From: Macrostomum lignano
Lineage: Eukaryota
DNA: 64,000 nucleotides
Direction: 5' to 3'
Assembly: GCA_002269645.1 (NCBI GenBank)
Contig: NIVC01000126.1
Span: 930,001-994,000, forward strand
Within the stretch, counting starts at the first letter, position 1; every line of letters starts with the position of its first letter. Shown piece by piece: positions 54,135 through 64,000 of this stretch. The notes below the pieces were generated by a model. That model had not been told where the DNA came from, made no database searches, and was given only the letters and a program-made list of their open reading frames with translations. A program made the translations under genes and the position numbers.

Positions 54135-54639
54135 TTTTGTGGCCTTGAAGCATCTGGGTTTAAGAATGAACAACAAGAATTTAATTCGATGTACACAAGT
54201 GAACGCAAGACAGAGGAAACACAGTCTAGGGGACAGGCCCAATTTAGCTCAGCCAATGAGAGAGCGGTAAGGAGAGAGGTCGAAGTCAGACACAACACAA
54301 GCGGGAGAGAGGAAGTCTAACTCTTTATCGGCCTAGCTGGGGGGCAGGGGGCTGGGGCGCCACACTTTTCTCTCTTGACCTCTCTCCTTACTGCTGTCTC
54401 ATTGGCTGAGCTGAATTGGGCCTGCCCCTCTAGGCTGTGTTTCCTCTGTCTTGCGTTCATGCCTCCTAGACTGAGTTTCATCACCAGTCTAACTTGAACT
54501 CTCTCCTTACTGCCCTCTCATTGGTTGAGCTAGATTGGGCCTGCTCCGTTAGACGGAGTTCGTCCGTCTTGCGTTCACTCGTGTACATAAAGTTAAATGC
54601 TTGTCGTTTATTCGTTGTGGCCTGTGGGAGGCCACAAAA
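54135..54639. mobile_element. Foldback/MITE-like element with long imperfect inverted arms
   Basis: gtgaacgcaagac..aggcccaatttagctcagccaatgagag..gtaaggagagagg (54199-54280) is inverted at 54378-54448 and again at 54498-54580; ends TTTGTGGCCT...AGGCCACAAAA. Confidence 0.65.
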
Positions 54640-55319
54640 TCCCCAGGAAGGAATAGAAATTTAAGCTGCCAAATATAATTAAATTTAAGTGATACTGCGC
54701 AGAAAATACTACTATAAACAGAGTAGATAATCTACTTTTGCACAGCTTATAGTTATTCTAGTATCACTGGTCATAGAACAGTACACAAAAGTCAAAACTC
54801 GGATGGCCCATGCGAATTTAAACTAGTTATTAGTGGGAATTCATCTTTAGTCTTTATTCACCTAGTTTAAATACTTATGTAAAAATCAGAAAAGCAAAAC
54901 CTTTCCTACAAAATCAAAGACAGCAAACCAAATAGAAATGACTGCTCAGCGGATTTGTATTAATAATATATTCCTTAATGCGTAACGAAAATCAAGTATA
55001 AACTCAACAAAATAGAAACTTATTGCAGCGTAACTGAAAGCGCTTATTAGGCAGCAGACAAAAAGCAACTAGCCAACAATGTGCTCCATAAAAATGTACT
55101 AATCGCTTCTTTTGTCCAGCTAGATAAATAATAAGCATGCTAAGTAAAATATTAAACAGTAAAATAACAATAAATGGCATGCTTTATCATAAACAATTTG
55201 AGCAATAAATGCTGGACAAAAGAGTATTATTGAAGATTTTATACCAAACCGAAAGAAGTTAAATATATGACTAAACTCATGATTTTAGTGCCTAAAGGGA
55301 ATTCATATCAATGTCTAAA

Positions 55320-55960
55320 AGGGATTTTAGTCATGGTGTCTGAAGGTGTCTGAAAGAGATTTCAGTCATGGTGTCTGAAGGTGTCTGAAGGGGATTTTAG
55401 TCATGGTGTCTGAAAGAGATTTCAGTCATGGTGTCTGAAGGGGATTTCAGTCATGGTGTCTGAAGGTGTCTGAAAGAGATTTCAGTCATGGTGTCTGAAG
55501 GGGATTTCAGTCATGGTGTCTGAAGGTGTCTGAAAGAGATTTCAGTCATGGTGTCTGAAGGTGTCTCAAAGAGATTTCAGTCATTGTGTCTGAAGGGGAT
55601 TTCAGTCATGGTGTCTGAAGGTGTCTCAAAGAGATTTCAGTCATTGTGTCTGAAGGGGATTTCAGTCATGGTGTCTGAAGGTGTCTCAAAGAGATTTCAG
55701 TCATTGTTTCTGAAGGGGATTTCAGTCATGGTGTCTGAAGGTGTCTCAAAGAGATTTCAGTCATTGTGTCTGAAGGGGATTTCAGTCATGGTGTCTGAAG
55801 GTGTCTCAAAGAGATTTCAGTCATTGTGTCTGAAGGGGATTTCAGTCATGGTGTCTGAAGGTGTCTCAAAGAGATTTCAGTCGTGGTGTCTGAAGGGGAT
55901 TTCAGTCATGGTGTCTGAAGGTGTCTCAAGGGGACTCCAGTCAGTGTCTGAAGGTGATTT
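55320..55960. repeat. Minisatellite with a 60-bp higher-order unit (TCAGTCATGGTGTCTGAAGG core)
   Basis: Direct tandem repeat. Confidence 0.93.
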
Positions 55961-56599
55961 CAGTTGGTGTCCCGAAAGCGCAGACTACCTATCCAATATA
56001 ACATTGATAAAATGGCACAGGCATTTTTGTGCATCAACAAGACACCAGGTCAAATATTAGGCGCGTATAATATTAAAGTGCAACAAATAAAATGCATTCA
56101 AATTGGCGCCAATACTAGGCAGAAATAGTAAAACAAACTCAACGGCTTTAAAGTGGCGGCGGTAAATCAGACAATAAAATGTCATATTGAAAAATAATGA
56201 GAAAATCTGTATATATAGAAACTTTAAGACTTAAAGGCATGCAGAAAATGGCAAAAGTGCCCAAAAACAGTGATGAAAAAATGTTATGTTTAACTAAATT
56301 TTGTAACAAAACTTTTTAAATACCAACGTTAAAACTGTAGTGTAAAGCTATCTAGCGCCAGTAAACTAAAATTTTCATTAAATAAGAAGACCAGTGTCAT
56401 GAAGGATTAGTGGTTTAAACACAAATAAACATTAAACAATGAGAATCGCGCTTGCTTGAGAAGAAATCAAATAAACGGGAAACAAGAAGCTTGTAAAAAT
56501 ATAAATAAAAGCCTACTCAAGAGGCGGATTTAGCTATGGTCCCGATTGCTTGGCATTGTAATAAAGAGAAAACGGGAGCAGATAAAGGCTGTAAAACAG

Positions 56600-57530
56600 C
56601 GGATAAAGGAGCGGAATTGGGGGCGGATAAAGGAGCGGAATTGGGGGCGGATAAAGGAGCGGAATTGGGGGCGGATAAAGGAGCAAAATTGGGGACGGAT
56701 AAAGGAGCAAAATTGGGGACGGATAAAGGAGCGGAATTGGGGGCGGATAAAGGAGCAAAATTGGGGGCGGATAAAGGAGCGGAATTGGGGGCGGATAAAG
56801 GAGCGGAATTGGGGGCGGATAAAGGAGCATAATTGGGGGCGGATAAAGGAGCGGAATTGGGGGCGGATAAAGGAGCGGAATTGGGGGCGGATAAAGGAGC
56901 GGAATTGGGGGCGGATAAAGGAGCAAAATTGGGGACGGATAAAGGAGCGGAATTGGGGGCGGATAAAGGAGCGGAATTGGGGGCGGATAAAGGAGCGGAA
57001 TTGGGGGCGGATAAAGGAGCGGAATTGGGGGCGGATAAAGGAGCAAAATTGGGGACGGATAAAGGAGCGGAATTGGGGGCGGATAAAGGAGCGGAATTGG
57101 GGCGGATAAAGGAGCGGAATTGGGGGCGGATAAAGGAGCAAAATTGGGGACGGATAAAGGAGCGGAATTGGGGGCGGATAAAGGAGCGGAATTGGGGGCG
57201 GATAAAGGAGCGGAATTGGGGGCGGATAAAGGAGCGGAATTGGGGGCGGATAAAGGAGCGGAATTGGGGCGGATAAAGGAGCGGAATTGGGGGCGGATAA
57301 AGGAGCGGAATTGGGGGCGGATAAAGGAGCAAAATTGGGGACGGATAAAGGAGCGGAATTCGGGGCGGATAAAGGAGCGGAATTGGGGGCGGATAAAGGA
57401 GCGGAATTGGGGGCGGATAAAGGAGCAAAATTGGGGACGGATAAAGGAGCGGAATTGGGGGCGGATAAAGGAGCGGAATTGGGGGCGGACAAGGAGCGGA
57501 ATTTGGGGGCGGAAAAAGGGTGGATAAGAG
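56600..57530. repeat. 24-bp minisatellite (GCGGATAAAGGAGCGGAATTGGGG)n
   Basis: Tandem repeat; source of many overlapping artefact ORFs. Confidence 0.96.
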
Positions 57531-57648
57531 ATCGGAATTCGGAACAGATAAAATAGCAAAATTAACTGCAGGTTGAGGGCGGAAAAGAGCTGAAAAATTA
57601 GCGAAACGCATTGCTGGAGTTGTTTTGCACTTGCTTTTAAGGCCGCAT

Positions 57649-59308
57649 TCAAACCCGGCCAGTGTTTCCACCGGCATTGGAGCCGCCACCTGCCCCAGCC
57701 TCAATAGCGGCATCAATCACGCTAATTAATCGGTCCAGCTGGCCAATCCGGTTGAGATGGCTGTGCAGCTCGGAGCGACGCATCAGCTGCAGTCGGCGCC
57801 GGGCTTCGCCTAAAGGATCGGCGCAGTCGCTGCTGGCAACAACCAGATCGCCGAACAGCTGGCCGCTGCTAGCATCGTTACTATCGGACGACGATGCCAA
57901 TAAAGAAGTTAAGAAATCCAATGAATTATTAGCTTGAGTAGGTTGGCTTGGCTGCGACGAACCAGCCGCCTCAGTCAGCGTTGGCACAGACCGGTGACGA
58001 CGAACTGCGAAAGAACTGCTAGACGATGAAATCGATCCGCTCCTCTCGTGCAGAACCTGTTATAAAATAAAACAATTTTCAGTAATTTTTTGCCAAAAGG
58101 GTGATTAAATGTTTTGCTTGCCTACTGTTAGTAAAAAAAATACACCAAAAATAAAAATACAGTAACAAAATAGCAATCCTTACAAGCTACAGTTTTACTT
58201 GTACTTGTTACTTTACTTATTTTTTATAAAATTATCGCAAGCATTGCAAACTGGTTCCTGATATTAGGGGTCGGAGAAAGGTCCAGATAGGGAACCTGGC
58301 GCATGACTGCGGGACAGAGGAGGGGGAAGAGAAAGGGGAATAGAGACAAGAGAAGAGGAGAAGAGAGGAGGAAGGAGAGAGGAGAGAAGAGAGAGGAGAG
58401 AAGAGAGAGGAGAAGAGAAATAAGAGATTAGGGAGAAAGAGAGCTGAGAAGAGACACAAACCGTGAGCAGGCCGGATTTCTATGGTGGAATTCCAAAGGA
58501 CCCGAGGGCCGGAGAGAGAGGCTTCTCAGGTCGCATGTTGGCCAGCGGATCGGAGTTAACCGACCACAGGTCCCGATTAATCAAATAAAATCTCGAACCT
58601 TAAAAAACACTGACAATGCTACTAGTAGTACATGTACTTGATTTTTACCTGTCGCGGCAGCATGGGCACAGGCCGCACAGGCACTGGCACTACTGGCGGA
58701 GTCTGCGGTCGTTTAGCCATAGACAAATCGTATGGGCCTTCGTCATAATCTTCATCCTCATCACCCTCATCCTCATCATCTTGCTGCCTCTGTTGCTGCC
58801 CAAAGCTGTGAAAATCGGCCATGGAGTGTCTTCTATTATTAGTATCCGATTGACTGCTATTCGACAAAACTGAGTCCAGCTTAGCAACCGCCGACATCAA
58901 CTCGGGATTCCGGCAGCCGAAACGGCCATCAACAATGCAACCAGTTTCAATTGCCAATCGAAGGTCGCGTTTCAAATTGCGCCACTTTGTACTGCAGTTC
59001 GGCCCGGTAAACTGGCAAACGTAGCTGCTGCCACTAGAAGCAGCAAAGTTTAACTGACTATTCAATCGTTGAGCAATTTCCGACCACACCTGTTTCTGAA
59101 CTCGACTATTGCGCAACGGTTCGCGATATTCTTCAATCAGCTTTAGCAGTGCGTCGGTCTGCTGGGGTGCCCAGTACTTCTTGCTGGCCCGCTGTTGCTG
59201 TTGTACTGTGAATTCCTCTGTGCAATTGGATGAAGAAGCCGAATCTGTGTTAGAATTACCGTGGCCGGATGCTGATGGACAGCTATTAAACGGATACTGA
59301 TATGCCAT
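57649..59308 (-). CDS. Myb/SANT-like (trihelix/MSANTD-type) DNA-binding protein. Exons 58649-59308, 57649-58056
   Basis: KYWAPQQTDALLKLIEEY..KQVWSEIAQRL..FTGPNCSTKWRNLKRD; acidic tract; PYDLS; in-frame phase-0 join CAG|gtaaaa..taacag|GTT. Confidence 0.85.
58320..58455. repeat. AG-rich low-complexity tract in the Myb gene intron
   Basis: Direct observation. Confidence 0.85.
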
Positions 59309-59394
59309 GCTTCCGGTGCTGTGACTTTCGGTTGATATAAACAAATGCCTTTTTGTGCTTTTTATTGGGCCGTGGCAGAAATTAAATTGAGATT

Positions 59395-62200
59395 AGATCT
59401 AGCTAGCTTAGATGTAGGGACTGGGATCATTGGGATCTAGCTAGCTTAGATGTGGGGACTGGGATCTAGCTAGCTTAGATGTGGGGATTGGGATCTAGCT
59501 AGCTTAGATGTAGGGACTGGGATCATTGGGATCTAGCTAGCTTAGATGTGGGGACTGGGATCTAGCTAGCTTAGATGTAGGGACTGGGATCATTGGGATC
59601 TAGCTAGCTTAGATGTGGGGATTGGGATCTAGCTAGCTTAGATGTAGGGACTGGGATCATTGGGATCTAGCTAGCTTAGATGTGGGGACTGGGATCTAGC
59701 TAGCTTAGATGTGGGGACTGGGATCTAGCTAGCTTAGATGTGGGGACTGGGATCTAGCTAGCTTAGATGTGGGGACTGGGATCTAGCTAGCTTAGATGTG
59801 GGGACTGGGATCTAGCTAGCTTAGATGTGGGGACTGGGATCTAGCTAGCTTAGATGTAGGGACTGGGATCATTGGGATCTAGCTAGCTTAGATGTGGGGA
59901 TTGGGATCTAGCTAGCTTAGATGTGGGGACTGGGATCTAGCTAGATTAGATGTGGGGATTGGGGTCTAGCTAGCTTAGATGTGGGGATTGGGGTCTAGCT
60001 AGATTAGATGTGGGGACTGGGATCTAGTTAACTTATATGTGGGGATTGGGGTCTAGCTAGATTAGATGTGGGGATTGGGGTCTTACTACATGTAGATTAG
60101 ATGTGGGGATTGGGGTCTAGCTAGATTAGATGTGGGATTGGGGTCTAGCTAGATTAGATGTGGCGATTGGGATCTAGTTAACTTAGATGTGGGGATTGGG
60201 GTCTAGCTAGACTAGATGTGGCGATTGGGATCTGGTTAACTTAGATGTGGGGATTTGGGTCTAGCTAGATTAGATGTGGCGATTGGGATCTGGTTAACTT
60301 AGATGTGGGGATTTGGGTCTAGCTAGACTAGATGTGGCGATTGGGATCTGGTTAACTTAGATGTGGGGATTTGGGTCTAGCTAGATTAGATGTGGCGATT
60401 GGGATCTGGTTAACTTAGATGTGGGGATTTGGGTCTAGCTAGACTAGATGTGGCGATTGGGATCTGGTTAACTTAGATGTGGGGATTTGGGTCTAGCTAG
60501 ATGAGATGTGGCGATTGGGATCTGGTTAACTTAGATGTGGGGATTTGGGTCTAGCTAGACTAGATGCGGCGATTGGGATCTGGTTAACTTAGATGTGGGG
60601 ATTGGAGTCTAGCTACATGTAGATTAGATGTGGGGATTGGGGTCTAGCTACATGTAGATTAGATGTGGGGATTGGGGTCTAGCTACATGTAGATTAGATG
60701 TGGGGATTGGGGTCTAGCTACATGTAGATTAGATGTGGGGATTGGGGTCTAGCTACATGTAGATTAGATGTGGGGATTGGGGTCTAGCTACATGTAGATT
60801 AGATGTGGGGATTGGGGTCTAGCTAGATTAGATGTGGGATTGGGTTCTAGCTAGATTAGATGTGGCGATTGGGATCTAGTTAACTTAGATGTGGGGATTG
60901 GGGTCTAGCTAGACTAGATGTGGCGATTGGGATCTGGTTAACTTAGATGTGGGGATTTGGGTCTAGCTAGACTAGATGCGGCGATTGGGATCTGGTTAAC
61001 TTAGATGTGGGGATTGGAGTCTAGCTACATGTAGATTAGATGTGGGGATTGGGGTCTAGCTACATGTAGATTAGATGTGGGGATTGGGGTCTAGCTACAT
61101 GTAGATTAGATGTGGGGATTGGGGTCTAGCTACATGTAGATTAGATGTGGGGATTGGGGTCTAGCTACATGTAGATTAGATGTGGGGATTGGGGTCTAGC
61201 TACATGTAGATTAGATGTGGGGATTGGGGTCTAGCTAGATTAGATGTGGGGATTGGGGTCTTACTACATGTAGATTAGATGTGGGGATTTGGGTCTAGCT
61301 AGATTAGATGTGGGATTGGGTTCTAGCTAGATTAGATGTGGGGATTGGGGCCTAGTTAACTTAGATGTGGGGATTGGGGTCTAGCTAGACTAGATGTGGC
61401 GATTGGGATCTGGTTAACTTAGATGTGGGGATTTGGGTCTAGCTAGATTAGATGTGGCGATTGGGATCTGGTTAACTTAGATGTGGGGATTTGGGTCTAG
61501 CTAGACTAGATGTGGCGATTGGGATCTGGTTAACTTAGATGTGGGGATTTGGGTCTAGCTAGATTAGATGTGGCGATTGGGATCTGGTTAACTTAGATGT
61601 GGGGATTTGGGTCTAGCTAGATGAGATGTGGCGATTGGGATCTGGTTAACTTAGATGTGGGGATTTGGGTCTAGCTAGACTAGATGCGGCGATTGGGATC
61701 TGGTTAACTTAGATGTGGGGATTGGAGTCTAGCTACATGTAGATTAGATGTGGGGATTGGGTCTAGCTACATGTAGATTAGATGTGGGGATTGGGGTCTA
61801 GCTACATGTAGATTAGATGTGGGGATTGGGGTCTAGCTACATGTAGATTAGATGTGGGGATTGGGGTCTAGCTACATGTAGATTAGATGTGGGGATTGGG
61901 GTCTAGCTACATGTAGATTAGATGTGGGGATTGGGGTCTAGCTACATGTAGATTAGATGTGGGGATTGGGGTCTAGCTACATGTAGATTAGATGTGGGGA
62001 TTGGGGTCTAGCTACATGTAGATTAGATGTGGGGATTGGGGTCTAGCTACATGTAGATTAGATGTGGGGATTGGGGTCTAGCTAGATTAGATGTGGGGAT
62101 TGGGATCTAGTTAACTTAGATGTGGAGATGGGATCTAGTAAGAGCAGATCAGATGTGGGGATTGGGATCATATAGGGATCAAAATTAGATCAGATGTGGG
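59395..62200. repeat. ~29-bp minisatellite (GGGATCTAGCTAGCTTAGATGTGGGGACT)n with progressive variants, 2.8 kb
   Basis: Tandem repeat with higher-order blocks. Confidence 0.97.
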
Positions 62201-62504
62201 GATTGGGATTTTTGTAGCTTTAGTTAATTTGGGAAGAAAATGGTGACTGTTTACTTAGCTTTATGCTACCAAACAAAAAAAGCTTTAAAAATGCAAATTG
62301 TTGGAAACGTACACTCACAAATAGTTGTTTTAACAAATTCCAAATTTATTGATAAAATACGCATAGATTAGATATGAAAATGCGAATAATTACCGAATAC
62401 GTAACTGCACTACCCAACAATGGGAAATTTTTCCTTTCATAAATATACTTTCGATACATATCGGGCAACGGCCAACATAGTACATAAAAAGTCCAACTAT
62501 AGAC

Positions 62505-63477
62505 TTAATAATCTTGGCTTCGCTCTTCGCCATCAGTCTTATCGCCATCAGGATCGTCGTCTTTATCGTCCAGGTCATCAGTAGACACGCCGGCAGTCGC
62601 GGCCATCTTGGCCTTGTGAATTCGTCGAGCCCACAGTCGATGCTCCGGCAGGTCAGTGCTGGCGCGAAACTCTTTTGTGTACGGCAGCCGGTGGCCGCGC
62701 AAACGGACAGCCAGCGACTGTAGCGACGGTTTTCGACAGCTCAGCTCGTCACTGTTCTCACCGTCGGCACCATCAACGCCGACAAGTGCGGCGGCAATAT
62801 CGACGCGTTTTGGCGAACAAATCGACACCCAGGCTAGGGCGGAGAAGACCACATCGGCGCTGGACGATTCCGGCGCACCAGCCGGACAGTCAAATCGGCG
62901 CAACCGGTCGGACAGGCTGGCCGGCTGGGGAATCGGCTGGGGCCGTTGCGGGTGGTCGGGCGAGTAGAGCAGGTGACCGCAGGTAGATAAGTAGTCCTCC
63001 AGCTTGTCGGTGTCAACAAGGTGGATATTGGACAGGAAGCTGTGGCAGGTCACGTAGATAGCGCAGGGTGCCTGTATTGCATTGATATTGAAAATATTAA
63101 TCTGCCGATATGTATCGAAAAAAACTTTGCAGATATAATAATAAAAGAAATTAAAAAATACGAATAGACGAGACTTCTAATAAAAAGGACTTCCTGCACT
63201 TCAATACGCAAATTATTTTTATTAAAGATCGTTACATTGGCAATTTGTTTGTATTCAAAGTTTCGTCTTCAATTTTAATAGACACCGATATGTATCGAAA
63301 AGAAACTTTCCCAATAGTACTCAACGTAGTACTTACATCAACGTTAACAATATCCAGCCGTGCCAATCCGCCAATCATTAGGCTAAGTCCGGGCTTCATA
63401 ATAAATGTGCGCGGCTTCGGCATACGCGGCCAGCGGAATATCGAATCCCATTCGGACGGCGTGAGGAAGGGCTCCAC
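62505..63477 (-). CDS. NOA1: NOA1/YqeH-family GTPase, last two exons (63337-63477, 62505-63071); 5' part lies beyond the right edge
   Basis: PKPRTFIMKPGLSLMIGGLARLDIV|..IHLVDTDKLEDY..GHLLYSP..ADVVFSALAWVSI parallels the NOA1 C-terminus (PRTFVLKPG..IGRIDF..ADIKFSSAGWVSV). Confidence 0.8.
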
Positions 63478-63689
63478 CTGGCGATAGATAATAATAATTA
63501 TTATTAAACAGAAGTGTTATTAATTATACGGTGGATTTTTAAACGGCGAATTAAGGACCAATCACTGGCACTTGTTTGCCTTTTTTTCGAATAACAAAGC
63601 TTCTCCCCAAGGTTTTCTGTTTTAAAGCTCTGGACTTTCGGTCAGAAAGTAGTGGCATTGAATTTCGAATTAATTAAAGATAATTCTTG

Positions 63690-64000
63690 GGTTCGGGCTT
63701 AGGTTAGGGCTTTGGTTAGAGCTTTAGTTAGGGTTAAGGTTAACGGTTAGATTTAGGGTTTAGGTTCGTTTTAGGTTTTAGGTTGGGGGTTAGATTTAGG
63801 GTTTGGGTTAGGGTTGAGATTTAGAGTTTATGTTACGGTTTAGGTTCGTTTTAGGTTTTAGGTTGGGGGTTAGATTTGAGTTTAGTTTAGGGGTTATATT
63901 TGGGTTTAGGTTAGGGGTTATATTTGGGTTTAGGTTAGGGGTTATATTTGGGTTTAGGTTAGGGGTTATATTTGGGTTTAGGTTAGGGGTTGTATTTGGG
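63690..64000 (+). repeat. Degenerate TTAGGG-like G-rich repeat
   Basis: TTAGGG, TTAGG and TTTGGG variants; 24-bp unit TTAGGTTAGGGGTTATATTTGGGT at the edge. Confidence 0.8.

Noticed and set aside
56517-57716. Several overlapping 100-400 aa ORFs
   Set aside because: 24-bp minisatellite translation.

Overview
Eukaryotic (animal) genomic DNA with GC-rich exons, GT-AG introns and many intronic mini/microsatellites. The style resembles a free-living flatworm such as Macrostomum, which is an inference I cannot verify here. Genes reconstructed by hand from splice sites, left to right: an ANF-receptor-domain (GABA-B/family C GPCR-like) gene cut by the left edge; an MFSD4/NaGLT1-like transporter; a 4-EF-hand calmodulin-like gene; a secreted ALK/LTK-type glycine-rich gene with an in-frame TAG; two tandem channel genes joining ankyrin repeats to a TRPM-type body; an ENT/SLC29 transporter; a PLOD lysyl hydroxylase; a Myb/SANT-like factor with a PxDLS motif; and the 3' end of NOA1. 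Mobile elements: an apparently intact Chapaev-type DNA transposon with a RAG1-core-like transposase (122-bp TIRs, 4-bp TSD, 686-aa ORF), a Gypsy element reduced to 8 bp of 5' LTR plus pol and 3' LTR, two hAT-type MITEs with 8-bp TSDs, SINEs, a LINE fragment and a foldback element. The best novelty candidates are the ankyrin-TRPM tandem pair and the Chapaev/RAG1-like element. Most long ORFs in the supplied track are tandem-repeat artefacts. No CRISPR, rRNA or true tRNA gene was seen.
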